Under the pieces are notes generated by a model. That model had not been told where the DNA came from. It worked only from the letters and a program-made list of their open reading frames with translations, and did no database searches. From Sporopachydermia quercuum (taxonomy: Eukaryota): a stretch of DNA of 64,000 bases. Every line of letters begins with the position of its first letter. Positions within the stretch are counted from its first letter, which is position 1. This document shows positions 35,901-46,154 of the stretch, piece after piece. The stretch covers positions 682,001 to 746,000 of the forward strand of contig BCGN01000008.1 in the NCBI GenBank assembly GCA_001599295.1. The letters run 5' to 3'. A program made the position numbers and the translations under genes.

Positions 35901-37021
35901 GCTCCTTCAATTGTATCTGCACATAATAAAGGTTCTTGAGTACGAGCCAAATCAGGGTTGATAGAAGCAGAGCCTGGAGCAGGAGTAATCCACGGAATTG
36001 CTAATCGTGAATTAGAAGGAGCAATATCACTATAAGGATAAGGATCTTTTTCCATTTCAGCTCTTGTTTCTTTTAATGATTCTTCTAACATAGGAGACAG
36101 ATTGATTAGTAAATCTAATAAAGAATGAGAAGATAAAGATTTGCTCGACTTCAAAGGAGTTTTCCTCTTTATAGGATCAAATCTAGTATTGGAACTGTTG
36201 TTAACATAGAAACCTGTAGTATGAGAAGTGATTTGATAGTATTCTCCTTCAAGAGTTTGAACTATTAAGTACAATAAGTGACCTTTTAATGACCAGTTTG
36301 CTGGTGGTGGGTTCCAGCCTGATAATGCAATAGAACGGATTGGTAAAGTAGGTGTCTTTGCTGGACCCGGGAAGTATTTATCAATAGCAACAGGAGCTTC
36401 TAGCGATTTTGAAATGGCATCAATACTAGTAAGATCTTCTGGAGTAGGATCTGCAGGTTCAGACTCTTCTTCCTTTTTCTCTTCTGTTTTATCTTCTGAG
36501 GCGGGAGCAGCATTAGCACCAATCTTTTTTGCTTCAGCTTCTAAATCAACAGGTGAAAGGTTCAACGTAGAAAGGACGCTTATACCAGGATTCACACCAT
36601 TGATGAAAGGATCAGTAGATCCACTGTTGATATTACTGATAGCAGTCACACTTTCAAAACCGAGAAGTTCTCGGATTTTTAATAAATGAACTTTGGCTTG
36701 CTTGATATCATAAGCAGCTCGAACTAATGATAATTCAGATCCGCTGTTTAATCCTTCTTGTTGCAAGTCACCAATGACATCTGTCTCATTTAGCTTCACC
36801 GAATTGAAAATCAAATCAAAACAAGTATAAGAAGCTGTTGCCGTTAATGCAGATAAAGACGCCTTAACGTCAGCAATAGTTTCACCGGGGTTAACTAATA
36901 ATGCAATCTCGTAAGGTGCTTGAGGTAGTTTGAGTTTTAAGGGTAACATTTCTGCCTGTTGTTCTTCTTCTCGTTGATTTTCCTCAACAGCGGCATTGTC
37001 TTTAATTTTATCTTCTGACAT
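32945..37021 (-). CDS. CLU1: Clustered mitochondria protein Clu1/Tif31
   Basis: First ATG at 37021. SGWNPPP...GHLLYL.VQTLEG, Clu domain (DYCGNRLVAQ, KGLVGSDGRNYILDL), HRRGINIRYLG and C-terminal TPRs. Confidence 0.95.
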   Translation of the reverse strand: MSEDKIKDNAAVEENQREEEQQAEMLPLKLKLPQAPYEIALLVNPGETIADVKASLSALTATASYTCFDLIFNSVKLNETDVIGDLQQEGLNSGSELSLVRAAYDIKQAKVHLLKIRELLGFESVTAISNINSGSTDPFINGVNPGISVLSTLNLSPVDLEAEAKKIGANAAPASEDKTEEKKEEESEPADPTPEDLTSIDAISKSLEAPVAIDKYFPGPAKTPTLPIRSIALSGWNPPPANWSLKGHLLYLIVQTLEGEYYQITSHTTGFYVNNSSNTRFDPIKRKTPLKSSKSLSSHSLLDLLINLSPMLEESLKETRAEMEKDPYPYSDIAPSNSRLAIPWITPAPGSASINPDLARTQEPLLCADTIEGAISTSTSRDWLEDYESTREIPSESLQDRLLRDRVLCKASFDFTVAATKAASAILSGALAPLNPSEPVEGHIFLHNGIFYSYARDGMGSFAEIGGDAAAHYMAAKDVEGVRVLNRLDLSGVAQLRTTVVDYCGNRLVAQTPVPGIFNQGKASGANVVYGSNEEENTIESNTEFGDKLGPIADIFHLKQHTVFDAEGKEHSLKLSVDTKGLVGSDGRNYILDLHRTAPVDIQFIDDFYHPEDANSYPHRAAVIRHEAVDEFWRRKVGQEILAEQAKLKGEGEEQDKEEPEKDPKVDSEALTEIISNKWRVNPDVFTDNNVRNGSNDAEVLKDENLVRDLSKFVREDLINEFIHEVESLHAHPPLDGVQLSAMLHRRGINIRYLGILIDMLEKRIEEEKAEESKKEEKKPEEKPEEKPEEKPEEKPEEKPEEKDETEPSDSKADFKPEPVKPILEELFAPLITVAKQDILARAVKHVLGDTISSLPAPIVPYAVAHFLNCLLGSSFNGSPEIVIESEIKEFYSQTDFSFQDLTPAAVDALVKQESAKRFRKAVGIDFITSTARYYPTIREISLKLGLQWKQKNYVFKPEDVAKEDETGTESKSRTSTPELVDSAASVITSGGKSSKKKSKKKKQQNDSSSNGTTKVEKAQPPVTFLSDDLLAIVPIVKDSVFQSKIGEEVVDFARSQFTPKETEEETVESEKLGFQLMTEAIGFYEQIYGALHPDLARVYNQLASRYQEHGRLASAIDASRKAVIIAERTLGLDDGETLMMYTNLAFLEHANGNILGALACTDLALKYWKTVYGDDHQGTITMKTNIGVMNQELKRYKEANSWFKRAMDIAEPIYGKGSASYLNAQYQYALSFILRQEYSSAVKEFREAFMVLKKTLGPDHEQTKDVELWLERSTALAVRAIKDEKYRNEMRLQAVAGVSEAKPHAKQTVKKRVVEGTAGSLQKPLKGEEVPISQRSVDDILRYIEGDKKGKGKKSKK
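34616..34687 (-). repeat. Coding 12-bp minisatellite, (KPEE)x6, in CLU1
   Basis: Near-perfect tandem ttcttcaggctt/ttcctcaggctt units on the + strand. Confidence 0.9.
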
Positions 37022-37346
37022 TGTTATTCTTGTATTATACAATACAGCTTCTATCTTGTTCTAATTCTAAGTATATCTAATAAACCCTTCTGACAACGAG
37101 ACATCAATATATACAGGATCTCGGACGATATGGTGACTGGGGTCTATTCAATAGATCTGTTCTTTTATAGAAGATTGAATTTATCTATAAAAGAAACAAC
37201 ATTAAATTGAATATTTGGTTGTTCAAAAAGGTTTAATAAGAATGTGATTGATGGCTTTGATGACAGAGCAAGTAATGGAATGGAAGTAAGAGTGGAATCC
37301 CCAGAAATCAGAAAAGTGAAAAATATGAGTCTCACAGTTTGTAGTG

Positions 37347-37355
37347 AATTTTTCA
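37347..37355. promoter_or_regulatory. RRPE-like element upstream of CLU1
   Basis: AATTTTTCA, with a second TGAAAAATA about 30 nt away. Confidence 0.35.
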
Positions 37356-38595
37356 CTTGTAACGGACAGTCACTGGGATAGAATAGATGGACTGTTCCGG
37401 ACAGAAAAAGATGGACCCGGGATTCGGGATGTAAATGAGATTGGGAAGGAAAATGTGAATCAGTAAAGAATATTAAGCTTTTCGAGAGATTGGGAATAAA
37501 TATTCCAATATTGGCAATTAGTTTTTCCTTTCACTCGGCGTTCTTTTGTTTGGATAGGATTATTATGAACTGAATAGAAGAAACCAACCAACAGATAGAC
37601 CTTTAGCGATGTTATGGAGGGTCTGATGAATAAAAGCAGACAAGTAGTATTAAGAGATTTCTTTCAAACGTTAGTAGCACATAGATTTCTATAGATAGAA
37701 CATAATTTGCACAGAATTCCTAGTTCATACTACCGTTGCTAATTTCTTCAAAATCACTTTTCTATCTGCTTGTATTCTTCACAACTTAATTGTGTTCCGT
37801 GAGTCCCGCTTCGGTCATCAAACTGTCCCGAGAATCCTGAACATACACAATTTATACTTCCGAATGGGGTCTGAAGCACCTGTCTGCATCGATATCAGCT
37901 ACAGCGTTAACTCTGTAGATACTATTGAATTCTAGAGGAAATGCACACTAGGTTACATGAGAGAGTAACAAACAATGCAATGCATCAATTTCTCAAGNAT
38001 ATCAATCTNACTCCTTCAAAATGCCTAATGTTTTATGCATTGGATAGTAAATCCGAGCATTATTCATTCCATCTCTTGAGCCAGCATCACTTCACATCTC
38101 ATTCCAGATATTTTCATGACATCCTATCTCATCCCGTCCACTATCGATATCACATCTCATCTTGTGTTTATTAGATCATCACCTAACCAGTTTTTCTTAG
38201 CATATGCAAGAAGACACAGTCAGTAATGCGATGCACCAGTAGGTTTCCTCAGTGAAGGAATGAGATGACAGAAAAACATCTAATGTTGAATAGAATAGTT
38301 GTTTGAATTTGATTATGGTATAGCTATTGATTGCCTGTTGTTGTTTTGTATGTTGTAGCTTACTTACGTATGATACACATATACATCATAATAATAGAGA
38401 CATATACACCTGATAGACAAACATACACACACTGTTAAGAATAGCTAGGTAGTTCCAGTACCATCAGCTACTGCCAACATCAACAATTCCATTAAAACAA
38501 GTTGCAAAAACAAAACTAAGGAAGGCTTATTTTTACAAACTTTTCGATAAAAACAGTCCTTTCCAGTTTCTCACAGGTCTCTCAGGCCGTTGAAA

Positions 38596-40572
38596 ATGGA
38601 TTATGATATAGAAGACAGTAATCCATGGAGTGACGCTTTCACAGGACGAGTAGTTGTTTCAAGTCAACGCTCAAAAGTTCTAAATGACAGTAAAACTAAT
38701 CAAATAACCGAGCCAGAGAGCAATATAAAACCTCAGCTGAATGTTCACTCTGAGAAATACTCTAGTTCCCCTTCAATTGCATCAGATAAACCAGATTCAC
38801 CAACCAGCACGCCAGAATTGTTTACTCCTGCCATCCAAGAGAGAAGGCCAATCAGTAGAAAACTGCCAAGCGTAAATACAACAAAAACAGAACCCAATCT
38901 TATATTTGGAGTGTGCGTTGTCGGATTCCATCATGCTAGAGGCCCTGAAGTTGAATACTGGACCGGTGAACCAGCAAGCAATCCTTCCGCCTCAGAACTA
39001 TGGCCTTATCTTCCCTTTCAATCATTACCAGATGGCGCGCATGCTTTTGAAGAAAACTACTGTTACTTCACTTTACTTTACGATGAAAAGACAAATTCAA
39101 GTCCAAAGATTACAACCTCTGTCTCAGAACCAGCTCAGGAATCGATGGCCTACGGAGAATCTGTTACAACGTTATTTGGTATTTCCTGCAATCGGCAAAT
39201 CAACTCAACTGAACTGACGAACAAATCCTCAGAGATCACCAGGTCAACTGTGCAGAAATCAATAGTGGTAGTAGTGAGACAACCAATATTTGGTCAAATC
39301 AAAGAAAAACTAGGCATTGTCACTAAGGCATACTTTTTCCAAAAGGATTTCGATAACAGAACTATCATCGATGATCTATACCTTAATCTCTGCTCGAAAT
39401 TCAACACAACTAATGCATCATCGAAGATCTCTCTCTTAGAATCAGAAGATTTCTATTTTGGCATCTCTGTGAGAGAACTGATTCATTCTTTTGGTAGCAA
39501 AACACTCGTGCTACTGAAAGCTTTACTATTGGAGAAAAAAGTCCTATTATATGCAAATTCTACTGAAATGTTGTGTTCACTACAGTTTTCATTATTATCT
39601 CTGATACCTAATTTACTATCCAATTTACAACCATGTGGATCTCCTTTGCTTTATAAGAACTATGAAAAGACAATGGTGAAACCTCAAGAGGTCCAAACTG
39701 CCAATCCTTCATCTATGCGGAAATTCATTGGATTTCCCTTACAATTATTCGGAAAAGGTGGAATATTCTCGCCATATGCTCCTTTGCAACAACTAGATGA
39801 TCTTACATCTATTCAAACCGAGTTTTTTCTGGCCGGCACAACGAACTCTTTGATTGTAGAACAGTTGAAACCTCATTTAGATGTTATAGTATATATTGAT
39901 GAGCTCCCGGCTATGCATTCTACAAATATATCTCAACAAGACAATGTGGTATCGAGCATTAATCGCGTTCAGGTTCTATCAAAGACTCTCAATAACAGTT
40001 TATCACTTACAGGCTTAGACAAACGGTTTATTGAAACCGTTAGCCGTGCTGTCAATAGCACTTGGAATGATGAGGATTTCTTCACTCCCAGTGATGCTGG
40101 GTATAAAGGGTCTGAAGATTACGTGCGTGATATGTTCGAAGAATATCTAATGGGTCTAATGGCAACCCTGAAAAGCAGTTTGTATGGACTTGAAAGCCCC
40201 ATCGAAGAATTCAACTTGGAATGGACCAAGCAATGGAAAAGCACATATAATTTCGATCTTTTCCGAAGATATACTGACGAGGAAGTGTTTGATATTGTTG
40301 AGGCTCGCCATATAGGTGTTGACTGTACTGGAGATGTTGGTGCCTTTATCAGCGGAGGAATAGCAAGTCTACAACGGAGATTCCGTAGGGGGAAGAAGGA
40401 TAAAGATGACGAGAGCTCAGCAAATGAAGAACAAGAGGAATCCAGTTCAGAGACTGAAAAAGGCTCTAATGATGAAAAGCAGCCAATAAATGAACAAACA
40501 GCCAACAAAGAACAAGCAACAAGTCGTAAAGGGTATTTTTGGTCATGGAGACAGAAGAAGAGTTCAGAATGA
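38596..40572 (+). CDS. AVL9: Late secretory pathway protein Avl9 (DENN-like)
   Basis: First ATG at 38596. Motifs VCVVGFHHARGPEVEY, LPFQSLPDGAH, TLFGISCNRQI, RSTVQKS and PY.PLQQLD. Confidence 0.93.
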   Translation: MDYDIEDSNPWSDAFTGRVVVSSQRSKVLNDSKTNQITEPESNIKPQLNVHSEKYSSSPSIASDKPDSPTSTPELFTPAIQERRPISRKLPSVNTTKTEPNLIFGVCVVGFHHARGPEVEYWTGEPASNPSASELWPYLPFQSLPDGAHAFEENYCYFTLLYDEKTNSSPKITTSVSEPAQESMAYGESVTTLFGISCNRQINSTELTNKSSEITRSTVQKSIVVVVRQPIFGQIKEKLGIVTKAYFFQKDFDNRTIIDDLYLNLCSKFNTTNASSKISLLESEDFYFGISVRELIHSFGSKTLVLLKALLLEKKVLLYANSTEMLCSLQFSLLSLIPNLLSNLQPCGSPLLYKNYEKTMVKPQEVQTANPSSMRKFIGFPLQLFGKGGIFSPYAPLQQLDDLTSIQTEFFLAGTTNSLIVEQLKPHLDVIVYIDELPAMHSTNISQQDNVVSSINRVQVLSKTLNNSLSLTGLDKRFIETVSRAVNSTWNDEDFFTPSDAGYKGSEDYVRDMFEEYLMGLMATLKSSLYGLESPIEEFNLEWTKQWKSTYNFDLFRRYTDEEVFDIVEARHIGVDCTGDVGAFISGGIASLQRRFRRGKKDKDDESSANEEQEESSSETEKGSNDEKQPINEQTANKEQATSRKGYFWSWRQKKSSE

Positions 40573-40930
40573 AGTAGAATATAAACTGGGAGAGTGGTAC
40601 AGTATGGTTTATATAGTATACTATGTATAGGGAGAAGGTAGAGTAGAATAGTTAAAGGATGGGACGTAGAGTTGGTCAATGTCAGAAGTATAGTTCATCG
40701 ACATCTACTACTGATGTTAAAACAAAAATAATACAATGGAAGCATGCAATAAAAAAAGAAGCATGTATATACATCTAAACTGGATAGCTACACATGATTC
40801 CTAGCATTGTGAACTTTAGGATTTGTTTCATCTATTTTACATTATACATGACACAATACATCTAATCATCCATTCTTATTATTGCCAGAATATCCTTCTA
40901 CTGATTCTTTATAATGATTCTTTATATTGA

Positions 40931-41963
40931 TCATATAGGTTCACCATTCAGAATTCTTGTCTTCAATGCTAAAACAGAGGCCCTTTGATCTTCGGGTAAC
41001 GAGCTTATTTGAACATCAGTCAGATTGAGCACTGACTGTAGAAGCGATTTCTTATCTGGTGTCAGATTAGCATATACTGGTAATGACAATGGATCGATGG
41101 GAATGGATTGGTCTCTGGTTGGAGCAACAGGAATAGCTGGTAAATGTGCTGGAGTGTTTTCTGGTGATGAGGAAGAAACTATCACTGGCTGAGATTGTAG
41201 TTGCGGTGGCTGAGCTTGAATGTTGCTTGATGCTGCAGTAGCTTGTTGTTGCTGTTGCAGAGGTTCTTGAGCTTGAATAGGTGGCTCAATGTTATTAAGA
41301 ATTCCAGTAACTGTCTCAGCATCTGTCCAATTCAATAGTAATAANCATTGTACTAGTGCGTATGACAATTGTGGCGACCGATCTAACAGCTCCGTCATTA
41401 GTTTGTCATCATCTTTGGCCATTTTGATACAATCTTTTACTATAGTCATTAGTTTACTTCTTTCATAGTTTGATAGCGTATGTGTAATCATATCAGGTCC
41501 TGTTTGTCCTGGTGGAACAGCGAGACCAATAGGTAGCATAGGTAGTTGTGATTCATTGTTATTTGAAAGATGGCTGTTATTAGAAGAAGGAACAAAGTTT
41601 TCATTAGAATAATCAACTTTGATTTCTCGTTTCCCAATATTCAGATTGTTTAGGTTTCTTACCGCAGAAGAAGCAGTTTCTGAGTCTATGTTCTGTTAGT
41701 TAATGTGACAAGATAACTAAGAAAGACGAGAATGTCATAGAAGCAGCTGTAGTAGTAAAGCAATATAAGAAGAATTATAATAGCTACTTACCAGCATATT
41801 CAACAAATGCAAACCCTTTGGATTTCCCCGTGTCCTTGTCGAATACCAACCGGAAATTTATCACTGGTCCCACAGACTTCGCAATATCTAATACTTGTTC
41901 TTCTGTATAATCATATGGAATACTTCCAATGTACACAACTGTGGGAAACCTTGGTTGAGACAT
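40931..41963 (-). CDS. RNA15: mRNA 3'-end cleavage factor Rna15/CstF-64, 2 exons, ~308 aa
   Basis: Exons 41963-41792 and 41685-40931; intron GTAAGT...AACTAAC...CATAG. RRM (VYIGSIPYD..KGFAFVEYA|DSETASSAVRNLN), hinge (PQLSYALVQ) and C-terminal LNLTDVQISSLPEDQR. Confidence 0.93.
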
Positions 41964-42674
41964 GTTTATTATTATGATTATGATTATATGAATATGATTA
42001 TAAATATAAATATGCTTATATTATGATATAGATCAACAAATAATGCACTATCATAGTTATATATAACTGACTATTGTTTTTCTTTTGGTTGTAGATAGTA
42101 AACTATTACGTGACAGTCAATCAGTTTTGAGGCATAAATTCAGTTGCTATTACCAATCTTGCCCAGAACTCCCTACCTATGCATTCCTATTGCCAATAAA
42201 ACGTTACAATTTTCTACTTTTCGTAGACTAACAAGAAGCACTCCTATTGCTTTACTTTACATAAGAGGTGAGAACATAGCTTAATGATTTGGACATTGGA
42301 GTGAAAGTGAAAAACATGAAAATCGAGAGGGCAGTCCAGAAGATAGGGTAGTGTAAAAATTCAGATTACATAATCAATAAAATTTAGTGATAAGTAGATT
42401 ATTACATAAACAATAATAATAATAATAATAAAAGCATCGAATTTGTCTCGCCTTTAATTTTATATTTTTCAGTATTGAGACTTGTGACTTGATGATATAC
42501 TTAGTGAAGGAATTGATGAAGTTATTATAAGCTTATCATCGAGAACTTTGCTTTCTATTACTCGAAATAAATAGTGGAATGCGTGGAAGACGTTGATGAT
42601 ATATGAGTCATCTATGACGGTTAAATTTGGTAACTGTGAGTTGTTATTGACTATAAAGAGGAGTTGGAAGCAAT

Positions 42675-43790
42675 ATGGATGCCAGAGAGATCAAGACGCT
42701 TATGAGCGCGTTGGATAAAGCTCCGAACGATGAAAAGATATTAGAAATTTTGAACATTCTTCGAAAAGAAGTAAAGCCAACAGAGAAGTTTCTACGAGTA
42801 AGTTGTTTGCATTGTGGATTGGTTAAATGGTAGAACAGGATTACAGAATCGTGTTTGTGACGATAGTAGCAATGAAAAAGGTCAATTATTAACCTAACAC
42901 TTATTTCTTTATAGGAAACCAAAGTAGGTGTAGCTGTCAACAAGCTGAAGGCAGGACAACATTCAGAGGAGGTTGTAAATCTTGTTAAGAAAATTATTAA
43001 ACAATGGAAAGATGAAGTTACCAAAGAGAAAACTCAACAAAAGCATCATTCACAAGTTAGAAAAGACGCTCCATCATCGTCAGAATCGGGAACTGTAGGC
43101 AAATCAAGCGAGAAGTTTGTTTCTAAAAGCGGATTAGTTAGAAATCCTAAGAATGATGGTATAAGTGTTTTGATTCATGATAGCAGAGATAGAAATAAGA
43201 GTATAGAAATTCTTTACACGGCATTGGCTATAGGGAGTGATAAGCGTAAGTAAATTTTGAGTCAGATTCCAGGAGATTCGGTGTTAATATGTCAAGTTCA
43301 GAGAGCAAAGGCATATAATAATGTATATTATGTTCTATGAAATAAGTTATTAACAGTTAGGAAAGCTCCGTCATACATTATGAAAGTTGCCAAATCTATT
43401 GAAGATGTCGTATATAGAGCAGAAAGAGGTCTTGGATCAGAGTATAGGAATAAGCTACGAGTTCTCACAACAAATTTACGGCAGCAGAATAATCCAGAAC
43501 TAAGAGAAAGAGTGTTGAATAGTGATATTACTCCTGAAAAATTCCACACAATGACACCTGAGGAAATGGCACCTGCACATATGAAGAAGGAGATCGAAGA
43601 GATTAAAAAGAAGAATCTTTTAGAAGCTCAATCAGCTAAACCAAAAAACGCTGTTACAGATAGGTTCACTTGCGGTAAATGTAAGCAAAAGAAGGTTAGT
43701 TATTACCAAATGCAAACCAGATCTGCTGATGAACCGTTGACTACATTTTGTACATGCGAGAACTGTGGTAACAGATGGAAATTTTCATAG
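42675..43790 (+). CDS. DST1: Transcription elongation factor TFIIS, 3 exons, ~292 aa
   Basis: Exons 42675-42797, 42915-43245 and probably 43366-43790. Domain I PTEKFLR|ETKVGVAVNK and Zn ribbon CGKC..QTRSADEPLTTFCTCENCGNRWKF. Confidence 0.95.
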
Positions 43791-44463
43791 TTTGATCGTA
43801 TTGCTGATAACTCTTTGTAATGTATTATATTATTGATATTTTATTGAGTATGTAGATCTTTATGCAAGATGTGGATGAGAGAATACCGAACGTTTCAACG
43901 ATCTAGAAATCTGTTAATCCTTCGACATAGAACGATCAGCGAAATCTATTCGATCAATACCCAACTAATCCATTCCTTCTCGAACGTTGATGATACATTG
44001 AGTTATCAATTCGATTGATGTTCCGATCTGATTAACATGAATTAGATTCTAAAAAGTCATCAATTGTTCTCGTTTTATTTGAACAAATCGATTCTTACCA
44101 ATTATTACTCATTTTTATGATATCATTCATGCCTCTATCGTTTTCGTAGTCTTCTGACATGATAATTCTACCGAGGCCCTATCCATATATGTGGCGCAGT
44201 TTAGTCCAATTAGGAATGTTACTAGAGCTTCATGTACACCTAAACATCTGGAAACGTAACGAAGCGAGACGTTATCTAACTGAGAGCCTCTCCAACAAAG
44301 TGTCTACTGTTTCAATCTTTCTACTGATACATCTACCAATCATACTCTATAGGCTTTAATGCTCTCATTATATTTACACCTTCGTTTAGTGCCATAGTTT
44401 AAGACGAAGATTTGGATCTCAGCTATTGTAATAAGTTTGATTTGTATTGTTCGAGTAGCCACA

Positions 44464-44965
44464 ATGTTTAGACAAATTGCATCCTGCACGGTTACCCGTT
44501 TGGCTTGTGTTCAAACTCGCAGATTGGCTGTTGTCAGTCGTCAAGTGCCACTAGCAGGCTCCAGCACACCTAGAACACCATTTATTAGAGGATATGCATC
44601 TGCTGATGATAGTGCCGATAAGTTCAAAGAGCTCAACAACAAAATGTTGTCAGATCCAAATGTAAGTTAACTCTAATCATTGGGCCACAGAGAACATTCT
44701 GTAGGCTTTCACAATGTACATTGCTTTTACTAACAAGCCACTACAGGTTGTTCAAGCTTTAGGAGCGGTTCAACGACTTCTTTTAGAAAAGGAGTATATA
44801 AAACCTGGTGAGGGACCTTCTTCATTTGCTATGATGAAAATATTTATGGACAGTGAAGTTAAGGAGAAACTACAGGATCTCAAGAAAGCTTTAGATGATG
44901 CTAACATTTCGATATCTGCAGATGATGTCGCTAGCATGATGCAACTATTAAAAATTAAACAATAA
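44464..44965 (+). CDS. Uncharacterised small, probably mitochondrial protein, 2 exons, ~138 aa
   Basis: Exons 44464-44661 and 44747-44965; intron GTAAGT...TACTAAC...TACAG joins two track ORFs in frame. Arg-rich, acid-free N-terminus ending RGY-AS. Confidence 0.8.
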
Positions 44966-45001
44966 GTAACGCTCTTTTAATCTACAATATACTTCTATTC
45001 T

Positions 45002-45011
45002 CATGTATATA
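45002..45011 (+). promoter_or_regulatory. Puf3-type 3'UTR element
   Basis: CATGTATATA matches CNUGUAHAUA, about 37 nt after the stop codon. Confidence 0.55.
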
Positions 45012-46154
45012 TCAAATTTATTTGAATCCGCTTTACAGAGTTATTAATAGGTGAAACCAAATGAAAGAATCACCAACATTATTGTTCAAAACCAATCAAG
45101 TAACGTATATCAACCCCAATCTCAATACTTATAATTACCAAGCTAAAAGATAATCAAACCAGATTGCTTGGAGAAACTAACCAACAATTCCTTTCCATTA
45201 TTTTTCTAGCAGTTTCAAGTTTATTCCTTATTCCTTATTCCTTGCTAGCCAGCCAAATCAACTTATTATCATCAACCCAACATGATCTACACGATCTACT
45301 CAATCCTGCATGAAAAACGAGCCTCATTAGTTCATTCCACTGCGCCACACATCCCAAAAAGGTATTCATCAGTGTAGTTCCCATTTTGGTTAATAAACAT
45401 TCTGGAACCTTCTACTAAAAGTGCAATTTTTGCATCATTCTGCATAAAATTTCTCTCATATTCCACTATCTTGTGACCCTAACAACTCAATCTTTACTAT
45501 GGACATGTAAACAGTTTACGTTCTAAAGTTTATACATTATATTGCATATTGGCTACATGATTATACATAACGGATTTCATCCCGCCAAGTCAGATGCTAT
45601 CAGGCATTCAGTGAATGATTCTATTGCTTACTCATTATCTTAAGATAGTTTACATTTTATATAAAAGAGAAATAGTCATTCTTTTTCTTACCTGGCTCAG
45701 AATTTTTCTACTTCATTGGTTATTCAGCACTGTCAAATTAGGCTTAGTTTATCATATAGTTAGTTGCTAATATCTACAAGTTTTGCATCAAGATAACATA
45801 AGATCACATAAGCAGTGAATCAACATGGCAAAAGAGCACATATAACCATATTACTAAACAAACAATCAAACGAACTAACTAACATACAATAAATGAACAG
45901 CAATCTGATACTAACTGCATAAGTTTTACATCAGGTCCATTAAACAAAATTGCTAATCAAAAAGATCAGCATAAGAAAAAAGAAGCAAGAGCACTTGTGA
46001 TTGAGATCAATCACACTAAGAGAGAAAATATAACAAATTAAATTGGATTGGGTATTATACCCAAAGTCCTTTACAGACACACAACATATTTCAATAAATA
46101 ACACATAACTGGTTAGCCACTTATCAGGTATAATCGTGTTATCAAAATATAAAA

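Noticed and set aside
43987..44031. TGATGA...CTGA as a box C/D snoRNA
   Set aside because: Only ~45 nt, and no rRNA complementarity recognised.
44190..44270. GTGGCGCAGT resembling a tRNA A-box
   Set aside because: No B-box (GGTTCRA) and no cloverleaf.
45686..45700. CTTACCTGG resembling the U1 snRNA 5' end
   Set aside because: It lacks the ATA prefix, the U1-70K loop and the U1 stem structure.
45909..45923. TACTAAC upstream of SAN1 (possible 5'UTR intron)
   Set aside because: No canonical donor found upstream.
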